DNA from: Nitrospirota bacterium | Lineage (GTDB): Bacteria > Nitrospirota > UBA9217 | DNA length: 64,000 nt | Assembly: GCA_963790205.1 (NCBI GenBank) | Contig: CAWBNQ010000010.1 | Span: 32,001-96,000 of the forward strand | Direction: 5' to 3' | In this document: piece by piece, positions 20,422 through 29,293 of the stretch | Position numbering within the stretch: position 1 is the first letter of the stretch | Layout of the letters: each line of letters starts with the position of its first letter | The notes under the pieces: generated by a model | The model's input: only the letters and a program-made list of their open reading frames with translations | Told to the model about the DNA's origin: nothing | Databases searched by the model: none | Position numbers and translations under genes: made by a program

Positions 20422-23400
20422 TTAATCTCCCATTTCATTAACGGTCAATGAATTGACCACGGGTAATGTTTCATTTTTTGAATTAGAATAAGTTAAATTC
20501 GAGTTCGCCTGCCCGCCAGTTGCATTTTGGGTTTTCTTAATTGGCGAACTTGTTAAACCACTTAGCAAACCACTTCCGACTGACCAGAGCAAGCGCCATT
20601 CGTTGGGGTTAATCGATGAAGGCCCTGGAAAAAATATATTCCAAAGTTCCTTGCCATATGGTGCAACATATGGTTCAGCATATCCCACACTGCCGCCAAA
20701 AATGGCGCTATATAAGCCGCTTGAGAGCATTGTATCAACATTTCCATTCCCGCCCGCATAGCCAGTAGCAACCCCGGATCCGAAACCTCTGATCGCGCCT
20801 TCAGCTATATTTGCTACGTCCGATCCTTCACCTATGGCGCCGTAAGCCTCTCCACCTAAATAGCCGGTCACACCACCTACGACACCTCCGACAACCACGC
20901 CATGAAGGAAATTCCCCCCAGATCGATAAGCGCTAATGCCCCCGGCTATTTCTCCAGCTAATGCACTTACGTACGCGCTTTCTACCGCATCCGCCGCCAC
21001 ACCGCCTGCCACCCCTCCGCACCCATCACAGTACCACGTTGCCACAGCAGTACCAATAATAATTTCATCTCCAAGAATATAGCTCCCAGTCTTGGACTTC
21101 GTCAACTCATATGAACCATATATTGGCTCCACACCCTGAATCAATAATTCCCCGACCCAGGTTGAAAACAGGTTTGAAAAGAAATCTCCCCAGTGCATAT
21201 GCCCTGTGGGGTCGGTGTAAATCATCGGGTTATTGAGCACGTAACTGTACCTGTTGAGCGATTGCGGATTCGACGGGTCATTCACAAGTGAATCCGCGCT
21301 GATGAACCTGCCGAGCGCCGGGTTATAGAATCTTGCATTGTAGTTATACAGCCCGGTCTCCGCGTCAAACTCCTGCGCCGTGTACTTATGGTTTACGGGA
21401 ATACCCCCCGCGTCAAAGTACGTTGCTCCAAACGGCAGGTAGTGCACCTGGTCCACTGAGTTGTCCGGATACCCGGATACGAGGAGCTCGAAGTTTTGGA
21501 TGGTTAGCGAGCCCGCGTTGTCGCTCACCATGCCCACAAGCTCCGACCTTCCAGCTTGGCTCGTATAGGTGCAGTCGTAACCGCCGCTGAGCGTTACGGA
21601 GACGCCGTTGCTCAAATTGAGGTTTTCGATGAAGTTCCCGGCCATGGTCTGGATAACGTCGCCGTCCGACGCAGCGTCATAGGCCGCCTGGATCGTGGAG
21701 AAATACTGCGGCGTGGCCCCGGCGATTCGGACAGGCTGGTTGGAACATTGACCGTCCTGAACCGCCCCGACCTGACTGACGTCCTGGGTGCTTCCGAGAT
21801 GGTCGTCGTGATAGTATAAAACAGCGGTGCCGGTCTTCATGGCCACCCGCGTGTCTCCGGCAAAAATGTACTTGGTGCAGTTCTCCGCCATGCACTCGTA
21901 GAACTTTCCAAAGTAGATGTCGTCGCCAAGAGATGTGGTCTTCTTGACCCGCGTGTCCGCCCCGTCGTACACGAAGCTTGTGGTCGCGCTGTTTACGGTC
22001 ACGGACTGGGGCATGTTGTCGTAATCGTAGGAGATTGTCCTAATCCCATCCGAGATCATGTTGCCGTTTGCATCATAGGTATAGGCCCCTCCGTCCGAGG
22101 TGGATTTTACGGCATGGGGCTTTGGGCCGGTGTAGTCGTACGTTACACCCTCTTTCATCGTAATATTGCCTGCAGGAGAATAGTTATACCAGAGAGCGCC
22201 GTAGCTCTGGCTCTGCGCTTCCTGGATGCGGTTGTGCTCGTCATACCAGAACGACTGGGTATTCGCGCCGTTAACGTTGTCCACGATGTCTCTGATGCTT
22301 CCGCCGGGATTATAGTCATACGCGAGACTCATGATGGTCTGGTTCGCGTTTCCCGTGACGATTGATTGGAGGCGTTTGTTCGTGGAGTAATACTGGTAAG
22401 CGGTAGTGACGCCGTTGCCGTAGGTGATGGTCCCCGGCTGGCCGACGGCATTATAGTTATCATAGATCGCGTATGGCGAGCCCGCAGAGTTAATGGCTGC
22501 AGCAAGAGCGCCGGCATTATAAGCATAGCTCACCGTTTCGGTATCGGGATACGTAAGACTTGCGATTCTTCCAAGAGCATCGTATGACATCTTAAAATCG
22601 TATCTTGTCGAGCCTATGATTTTCGACGTTCCGGTCGACCTTCCGAGCTGGTCATAGTAATAGTTAGTCGTTCCCGATGCGTCGGACATTGTCGACAACC
22701 TGCCTATGGGATACGTGGGCATGGTGGAATCAGGCGCAACGTCGTACGTATAGACCACGTCGCTGCCCGTGGGATAATGTTTTCTGACAGGCCTGTTCAG
22801 CGGGTCGTAGTTGAATGTTATGGTCTGGACTTTGGCGTCCGTCTGGGAGACAAGGTTGCCGTTGGCGTCGTAGAAATACGTCCAGTCGTTTCCGTTGGGA
22901 CCGCTCATGTCTGGATCGTGCATGAAGACTTTGCGGCCGAGGTGGTCGTAGCGCATCTCGGCCTGGTTGCCTTCCGCATCCGTCACGAAGCGCAGGCTTC
23001 CGAGCACGTCGTACTGATATGTGGTCGTTGCGTAGGAAGTAAGGGCATCGGTCGTGCAGGAGGAAAACGGCCCGGTATATTCTTCGACCTTGACGAGTTT
23101 GCCCTGCTCGTTTTTCGTTATGCGCTTGCGGTGCTGATCAGGATCGATGGACACTGTAACACCGTTGTAGTAGCATATGCTTGCGCTGCTGCCGTCAGGC
23201 GCGGTCATAGTCATCGCACGGCCCATCGCATCATACGTATAGCTAACCCATTGCGAAGTTTCTACCCCGTCAAAATAGGGCAGTGAAGTCTGAGACACCG
23301 TGCCGGTCGAATTATATTTCGTTTGGAATGCTATTATGTTCCCGTCCGGGCCGGCGCTTTTTTCTGCAATGGTCCTGCCGAGCCCGTCGAAATAGGACCA

Positions 23401-23964
23401 CGTCGAAAGTCCGGCGGCGTTCGTGGTTTGGACGTTTTGCGATCCGACAGCGCCAATGATGTTGTACCCCCAGGTCGTCGAGGTGCCATCAGGCAGGATC
23501 ACTTTAGTCTTTCTGCCGAGGGCATCATATTGCATAGTCGTGGTTGCGTAGTTGGAGTCTGTAGAACTTTTCACCTGACCATAAAGACCGGTATCTGTCT
23601 GGACGCCATCCACACCGTAATACGACGTCTTTTCCTGCTGACCGAGCGGGTTTGTTACAACCAGGGGGAACGTGAATGATCCGTCATAGGTTATTATCGA
23701 TGGCGAATTCCCATTGGAGTCTCTCATACAGCTGACGTTTCCGTAGCCGTAGGGATCATACGCCATCCGAACATCGGGGTCGTGTGTTCCGTCCAGCCAG
23801 CGGACGATACGGGTGAGATTGCCTGGTGCAGGGACTTGATTCGAGGAGGCGGTATTACAGTCCGTTGTTCCGTCATAGTAGTACGTCGTTGTTGATGCTT
23901 TTTTTTGTTGGATCAAGGTTTGCAGTGTCGACCCCGGGGTAAGTCCCTTGATAGATCGTTTCAC
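20422..23964 (-). CDS. RHS/YD-repeat toxin, C-terminal part (continues 23873-26782 across a frameshift)
   Basis: YD repeats, DPDM, DHLGS, GLYNYNARFYNPALGRFISAD, NRYSYVLNNPMIYTDPTG, then a Gly-rich hydrophobic C-terminus. Confidence 0.9.
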   Translation of the reverse strand: MKRSIKGLTPGSTLQTLIQQKKASTTTYYYDGTTDCNTASSNQVPAPGNLTRIVRWLDGTHDPDVRMAYDPYGYGNVSCMRDSNGNSPSIITYDGSFTFPLVVTNPLGQQEKTSYYGVDGVQTDTGLYGQVKSSTDSNYATTTMQYDALGRKTKVILPDGTSTTWGYNIIGAVGSQNVQTTNAAGLSTWSYFDGLGRTIAEKSAGPDGNIIAFQTKYNSTGTVSQTSLPYFDGVETSQWVSYTYDAMGRAMTMTAPDGSSASICYYNGVTVSIDPDQHRKRITKNEQGKLVKVEEYTGPFSSCTTDALTSYATTTYQYDVLGSLRFVTDAEGNQAEMRYDHLGRKVFMHDPDMSGPNGNDWTYFYDANGNLVSQTDAKVQTITFNYDPLNRPVRKHYPTGSDVVYTYDVAPDSTMPTYPIGRLSTMSDASGTTNYYYDQLGRSTGTSKIIGSTRYDFKMSYDALGRIASLTYPDTETVSYAYNAGALAAAINSAGSPYAIYDNYNAVGQPGTITYGNGVTTAYQYYSTNKRLQSIVTGNANQTIMSLAYDYNPGGSIRDIVDNVNGANTQSFWYDEHNRIQEAQSQSYGALWYNYSPAGNITMKEGVTYDYTGPKPHAVKSTSDGGAYTYDANGNMISDGIRTISYDYDNMPQSVTVNSATTSFVYDGADTRVKKTTSLGDDIYFGKFYECMAENCTKYIFAGDTRVAMKTGTAVLYYHDDHLGSTQDVSQVGAVQDGQCSNQPVRIAGATPQYFSTIQAAYDAASDGDVIQTMAGNFIENLNLSNGVSVTLSGGYDCTYTSQAGRSELVGMVSDNAGSLTIQNFELLVSGYPDNSVDQVHYLPFGATYFDAGGIPVNHKYTAQEFDAETGLYNYNARFYNPALGRFISADSLVNDPSNPQSLNRYSYVLNNPMIYTDPTGHMHWGDFFSNLFSTWVGELLIQGVEPIYGSYELTKSKTGSYILGDEIIIGTAVATWYCDGCGGVAGGVAADAVESAYVSALAGEIAGGISAYRSGGNFLHGVVVGGVVGGVTGYLGGEAYGAIGEGSDVANIAEGAIRGFGSGVATGYAGGNGNVDTMLSSGLYSAIFGGSVGYAEPYVAPYGKELWNIFFPGPSSINPNEWRLLWSVGSGLLSGLTSSPIKKTQNATGGQANSNLTYSNSKNETLPVVNSLTVNEMGD

Positions 23965-26782
23965 TTGCAGGCTTGTTCAAAATCCAGGCAGTGTTATTGA
24001 GAGCGTAACTTGTGACGATTGTCAAGTCGTCCGTCGGGTCGGCCAGATCGCCGTACCGGTCTTCGCGGAGATCATTGCCGTTGGTATTGTCATAGGTATA
24101 GACAGTCTGTATGTGCTGGGCAGAAGGGTTGCCCGCGCATGCGCCGGAGATTTTACCGTCGCAATTATAGATGTCCACCTGAAGAGGCGGATTGAAGTAA
24201 GGGGCGTAACCATCCGCATCAGCGGCATATGCAGTCGTCGTTTCCGTATATATTGCACTGCTCTGCGCGTCCGAAACTCGCGTGCGATAGGGGTTGCCCT
24301 TCATGTAGCCGATACTTCCCGAGGGGTCATTTGAATCAACCGCGATATCGTTGCCCTGGTGGAACCAAGTTTCCGATACTTCCTGCTCTCCATTCGGTCC
24401 GGCCTGCCCGGTGACCTTGACGTAGTTGAATCCTCTGAAATCGCGTTCGCCCGTGTGGTAATATCCGCCGGAATAGGTATAGGCTGTACTGGAAATCACG
24501 CCATTTCCATCATCAGAGGTCACGGAACTAACTGTTTGAACGGGAAACGGCAATTGAGTATTTTGGTACTGAGTGGAGGAACTGTATGCAATTGTTTTGG
24601 AGCCTCCGATTCCATTTTGAATGGACGTCAAAAGATCGGGAAGACCGCTCCCATCAACTATTGCCGTGTTCCACGTGCCGGAACTGGCCGCGGTCTCGCA
24701 CCAGAAATCCGTCTTGCTGTCGCCGTTCAGGTCGCCCATGAAGCAGTGGTCACTCACTGGCGATCCTGTTATTGGACCGCTCCATTGCGAGGTAGTCCAG
24801 TCGCTGCCGGTTGAAAATGCAACGTTCCACAGACCGGAACTGGCCGCGGTCTCACACCAGAAATCCGTCTTACCGTCGCCGTTGAGATCACTCATAATAC
24901 ACAGGTTGGATACCGGAAGTCCGGTCGAGGGGCCGCTCCATTGATTGGTCGCCCAGCTGCTGCCGGTTGAAAATGCAACGTTCCAGAGACCGGAACTGGC
25001 CGCGGTCTCGCACCAAAAATCTGTTTTCCCGTCTCCATTGATATCGCCGGTAAAGCACGACTTGCCAACCGGTGATCCCACCTGCGGGCCACTCCACTGC
25101 GAGGTAGTCCAGGCATAGCCGATTGACAACGCCACGTTCCACAGGCCGGAACTGGCCGCGGTCTCGCACCATAAATCCGTCTTGCCGTCACCGTTCAGGT
25201 CGCCGGTAAAGCACAGGTTGCTCACCGGCCATCCCGCCTTCGGGCCGCTCCACTGAGACATCCCCCAGCCGCTACCGTTTAAAACTGCAACCATCCACAG
25301 ACCGGAACTGGCCGCGGTCTCGCACCAGAAATCCGCCTTCCCGTCACCGTTCAGGTCGCCTATGAAGCATTGGTTACTCACTGGCGATCCCGTTATTGGA
25401 CCCCACCATTGCGAGGTAGCCCAGCCGCTGCCGGTTGAAAATGCAACGTTCCAGAGACCGGAACTGGCCGCGGTCTCGCACCAGAAATCCGTCTTGCCGT
25501 CGCCATCAAGGTCGCCGGTAAAACACAGGTCGCTCACCGGCGAAGCTACTTTCGGACCGTTCCACTGTTCGGTCGTCCAAGTGCTGCCCGCTGACAGCGC
25601 CACGTTCCACAGACCGGAACTTGACGCGGTCTCGCACCAGAAATCCATATTGCCATCACCGTTGAGGTCGCCGGTGAAGCAAAGGTTGTATACGGGAAAG
25701 CCCGCTTTCAAGCCTGTATTTTGTTGGTTCGACCAGCTATCTGCCCCCATCTGCGTGCCGAAGGTAATTGCTGGAAGAGCGCTGCCGCCTGGTATTAATC
25801 CGCTTGACGGATCAACCGCTGCATCCGATCCAAACTGCTGCACACTGGAGAGCACACTGCGTCCGGTGCTCGAACTGTATGGCAGATAATTGAGCTGGTA
25901 TGCCCTCACTCGGCTGCCATTAGCAAATACATCAATCGCCTTGAGCCGGTAGGCTGTTGTGACTTTAAAATTGATCGTGTACATGTCAGGGGCATCAGTC
26001 CGGCTCTCGCGGTAAAATTTTACATAATTCGTTGTTCCAGCCCCATTCAGATTGCCCGTGTAATCAATTTGGTCAAGATATATCTCTCCCTGGTCCTTGA
26101 AATAAGAGAGGGTCATATAATTACCGTTCGCATCTACGACCTGGTTTAGACACCACTTGAAGATTTGCGTACCCGAGGGATCGTCCTGCCGAGAGGCTGC
26201 AGTCTGTCCGTAGAAATAGCTCACTCCCGACTTATCCGTAATTTGCCAATAGATTTTACCATCTGTGGCCGTGAGTTTTTGTATTCTGTCGAATTTTCCT
26301 TCTATTTGTGCATGATAGAGTCCGCTTGCGTCGGCTATGAGCTCTATAGCCGATCCGGCTTTGCGAAGAATGTATTGGCTTGCAGCGTTGTCGTTATAAT
26401 TGACGCCGAATCTCGCGCCCCGCTCTATAGCACCCACTTCCAAATCCCAGCCTACTCCCACCCAACCATTGCCATTACTACTGTTGTAGCTAAGCGCAAG
26501 GCTCGGTTCCATGCCATGCCGTCCGCTTGGAACTTCAATAGGAATTCCGTAGATCATAGTGCCGGTAAACAGACCAGGCGTCACTGCGCCAATAGGTGTA
26601 ACAGAGCCGCCTCCTGCGGTAAAACCTCCGACATTTCCATCGCTCCCGCTGCCTCCGGAGGGGGGTATGAGGACTCCAGCAGCAACGTTGCTGGTGATTG
26701 CGTGGCAATTCATAGCGGTGAAGTGGATAATAAAAACACTAAGAGCGAAAATCAAGATGATTTTTTTCTTCGCCTTGGCCAT
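23873..26782 (-). CDS. SpvB/TcdB-like toxin N-terminal part with signal peptide and FG-GAP-like propeller
   Basis: Signal peptide; IPIEVPSGRHGMEPSLALSYNSSNGNGWVGVGW (SpvB); DANGNYM..SY; ERDFRGF (TcdB mid-N); GAGGAG RBS. Confidence 0.88.
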   Translation of the reverse strand: MAKAKKKIILIFALSVFIIHFTAMNCHAITSNVAAGVLIPPSGGSGSDGNVGGFTAGGGSVTPIGAVTPGLFTGTMIYGIPIEVPSGRHGMEPSLALSYNSSNGNGWVGVGWDLEVGAIERGARFGVNYNDNAASQYILRKAGSAIELIADASGLYHAQIEGKFDRIQKLTATDGKIYWQITDKSGVSYFYGQTAASRQDDPSGTQIFKWCLNQVVDANGNYMTLSYFKDQGEIYLDQIDYTGNLNGAGTTNYVKFYRESRTDAPDMYTINFKVTTAYRLKAIDVFANGSRVRAYQLNYLPYSSSTGRSVLSSVQQFGSDAAVDPSSGLIPGGSALPAITFGTQMGADSWSNQQNTGLKAGFPVYNLCFTGDLNGDGNMDFWCETASSSGLWNVALSAGSTWTTEQWNGPKVASPVSDLCFTGDLDGDGKTDFWCETAASSGLWNVAFSTGSGWATSQWWGPITGSPVSNQCFIGDLNGDGKADFWCETAASSGLWMVAVLNGSGWGMSQWSGPKAGWPVSNLCFTGDLNGDGKTDLWCETAASSGLWNVALSIGYAWTTSQWSGPQVGSPVGKSCFTGDINGDGKTDFWCETAASSGLWNVAFSTGSSWATNQWSGPSTGLPVSNLCIMSDLNGDGKTDFWCETAASSGLWNVAFSTGSDWTTSQWSGPITGSPVSDHCFMGDLNGDSKTDFWCETAASSGTWNTAIVDGSGLPDLLTSIQNGIGGSKTIAYSSSTQYQNTQLPFPVQTVSSVTSDDGNGVISSTAYTYSGGYYHTGERDFRGFNYVKVTGQAGPNGEQEVSETWFHQGNDIAVDSNDPSGSIGYMKGNPYRTRVSDAQSSAIYTETTTAYAADADGYAPYFNPPLQVDIYNCDGKISGACAGNPSAQHIQTVYTYDNTNGNDLREDRYGDLADPTDDLTIVTSYALNNTAWILNKPASETIYQGTYPGVDTANLDPTKKSINNDVLL
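24650..25700 (-). repeat. seven tandem 156-bp (52-aa) FG-GAP/VCBS-like repeats
   Basis: CFTGDLNGDGKTDFWCETAASSGLWNVA x7; DNA core CCGGAACTGGCCGCGGTCTCGCACCA recurs every 156 bp. Confidence 0.92.
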
Positions 26783-26919
26783 GATACTCTCCTCCTCATG
26801 CAAAGTTATTCGGTTTTAAAGCTTGAGTTAAATACCGTGCTCGCTATGACGACCTACGGGGTATCCTTTTCCCGCATGAGAACCGACGGGATCACGAGAT
26901 AACAAAGATAAGTATTTTA

Positions 26920-27480
26920 TTATCCTTGGCCTCCTGGAGGTTTGTTGGGTGGCCTCATCCCCCCCGGGGTCATACCAGGCTGACCGGACTTGGGGGTACA
27001 TACAAACTGCCACTCGCTGTACTTGGTCTTTCCTTCAAAATCCTTGTCCTGATCAGGAAAGTTGGCCTGCTTAAGCGGCTTTTTATCGCTCGGACTGTAT
27101 ACGCCGTTGATGCGGTTCGTCAGGGGATCGCGAATTTCCGAGAAATCCTTTCCGGTGATCGGGTCATTGTACTTTTGGCGAAGGTGGCGTTTCATCGCGC
27201 CGGTCCTTTTGTCCTGGACCAGGTCGTCGATGCTTTGGGGGTATTCCGTCCGCCCGGGTATGGCCTTCACGTATCGCTCGATGGCAGATCGGTACTGGTC
27301 GCCGCGAAAAAGGAGTTCTTGTTCCTTTTCGCGGAGCGAGATATTCGACCAATACTTGCCCGCGGCGCCAAGTGATATCCCGATGATGACGATCGCGACA
27401 AGAAGAGCGAGGTAAGCGAAACCTCGATCATTCACATGACGATTGGCCGCTATTTGACTTTTGATTTTTGATAAAAACAT
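26920..27480 (-). CDS. type II secretion pseudopilin-like protein
   Basis: Prepilin cleavage RG|FAYLALLVAIVIIG; REKEQELLFRG.QYR.AI..Y; RHLRQ.Y.DPIT; YSEWQF. Confidence 0.85.
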   Translation of the reverse strand: MFLSKIKSQIAANRHVNDRGFAYLALLVAIVIIGISLGAAGKYWSNISLREKEQELLFRGDQYRSAIERYVKAIPGRTEYPQSIDDLVQDKRTGAMKRHLRQKYNDPITGKDFSEIRDPLTNRINGVYSPSDKKPLKQANFPDQDKDFEGKTKYSEWQFVCTPKSGQPGMTPGGMRPPNKPPGGQG

Positions 27481-28411
27481 GTCACTGTACTTTTGAAGCA
27501 ACCTGCGCTTTTTTTCGCATTTGCCTCAACGGTAACAATTTAAAACCAAAACGTCAATCGGGGAAACCCTGATATTTAGCTTCGAAAAACCTGAGAACAC
27601 TTTGTTGCAGAAATCCATGGCCCGCCCCGCGTGCCGGGCGGCAAGTTGGTAGCTGATGGCAGCCGCAGCGATGCTGTTGGTCTCGGGTGTTTCGGCGATC
27701 TATTTCAGAAATCGGTGAAGGGCCAGCCTTATTCGTCATCCCCGAAAGGGACAGACTGGAAGCGCGAGACGAAAATCATTGACTATTCGATTGAAGAATA
27801 CGACATGAAGTGTACAAGTTCGGCAAGATGCAACTGTCGCGGAGTACAGGAAGACAATGTCATTAAGAACTTCTACAGAAAATAATTACTCTTCGATGTC
27901 GTCCTGGTCCTCGAAGGCACCTACTATCATGCAGTGGCGAGCGCGGATGGGGCACCATTGCTCACGCAGTTCTGCGCTCGCAACCAAGATAGGCCAGCCA
28001 TGAGGTGATTCCAGCCGAAATAGTCTTTACCATATCGTCTGGTACCCGCAAGCGTGACGTACTCAGCCAGCTGGTGTCGCGGCGCTTAGTTTACGGGTTC
28101 TTTAGGAATCTCAAATAGAAGGCTGCAAACACCAAGACAATACCGATGTTCACTATCAGCCGTTCCCATAATCGATTCTTAAAGAACAGTAAATCTACAC
28201 TAACGACAACTGCTATCATCACCAGAATGTAAAGCACGACAGACATGTTTCTTGTCATTTCAATCACCAGTTCAAATATATCAACAGCCGCTTACCCATG
28301 GAGTTGCAGGATTTGCCTCAACATCCTCTTGCGGCTGTTCCTGTTCTCGACAGCCAAAAGACTCACCAGGAAGACATGCGGAGCATAAAATGTTGGATTT
28401 CAAGCGTATCC

Positions 28412-29059
28412 TCAATCGTCTGGCCCTCGGTGGGCCGTGGCGTCTTCATCGACCCAGTTCTCCTCGGTGTAGGACATACCTTTGCGCCCCGGAACTTTCC
28501 GGGCGGGTCCGGGCTGGTAAAAGGGGCAGCTTTTCGGGCCGTAACAGAAGGTTTCGAACCGGTACTGCTTCTTTGACGGATTCCACTGATCGATGCTCAT
28601 ATCCACTGGCATACGGCAGCCCCAGATGCAGGTCGTGCATTTGGCGTCGAAGGTCCTCGTGTCCAGGCGACGGTGTCCGCGGCTGCGATAGGTTTCCAGG
28701 TCAGGAGGCGCGCTTAGAAACGGAGGCCCGACAGGACCATCACCCTCGGCAGCCTTGACGAGCTTAATTCCGCTCGTCTTGTAGAAATCCGCTGTTTCTT
28801 TCCGTGGATCATCGACTCGGACTGATTGCCCCTCTAATTCCATGCCGGTTTGAAACCGATGCTTCTCATGCGCACCTTCACCGACCGCGATCAAAAATTC
28901 GCCGGTTTGCTCTCCACAAGTCCCGTCGATGCGAAGCACATACCCGAGGTAACTGTGACTGCGTTGATCGAAGGACCTCATAAGCCGGATGCGAGGTTGA
29001 ACAGCCACGACACGGCCCGACCACGATATTTTCTCCGCGCTTGCCATTGCGCCGATCAT
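28412..29059 (-). CDS. Cys-containing hypothetical protein
   Basis: 215-aa ORF with CTTCIWGC...CYGPKSC cluster; plausible codon usage. Confidence 0.6.
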   Translation of the reverse strand: MIGAMASAEKISWSGRVVAVQPRIRLMRSFDQRSHSYLGYVLRIDGTCGEQTGEFLIAVGEGAHEKHRFQTGMELEGQSVRVDDPRKETADFYKTSGIKLVKAAEGDGPVGPPFLSAPPDLETYRSRGHRRLDTRTFDAKCTTCIWGCRMPVDMSIDQWNPSKKQYRFETFCYGPKSCPFYQPGPARKVPGRKGMSYTEENWVDEDATAHRGPDD

Positions 29060-29075
29060 CAGCCTCTATCAATTG

Positions 29076-29110
29076 AGTCAAGACCGCCGGCTACGCCGGT
29101 GGTCTTGACT
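29076..29110. repeat. 16-bp-stem palindrome, IS200/IS605-end-like
   Basis: AGTCAAGACCGCCGGC-TAC-GCCGGTGGTCTTGACT. Confidence 0.5.
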
Positions 29111-29248
29111 GAAATGTTTAATCGGAAGTCTACACTACTTTCTGAAGTTCACACTCATCGGACTCTCAGTTCATTGTAGGTTTCATTCGAAAAGATGGAA
29201 TGGTGGCCACGACCTGATATTATTTCATGAAATTCTAAAATTCTCCGG

Positions 29249-29278
29249 AAAAAAGAAGGCGGGATTTCTCCCGCCTCC
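29249..29278 (-). terminator. intrinsic terminator of the Gly-rich lipoprotein gene
   Basis: GGAGGCGGGA-GAAA-TCCCGCCTTC-TTTTTT on the minus strand. Confidence 0.8.
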
Positions 29279-29293
29279 AGCTCTTCTCCGACA

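Noticed and set aside
23890..23915. Programmed -1 ribosomal frameshift in the RHS gene
   Set aside because: The shift needed is +1, not -1, despite the slippery A-run
24650..25700. CRISPR-like array of regularly spaced repeats
   Set aside because: The period is 156 bp, in frame within a CDS, the spacers are mutually homologous, and there are no cas genes
27500..28400. Further T2SS genes upstream of the pseudopilin
   Set aside because: No intact ORF or recognisable Gsp motif; appears degenerate
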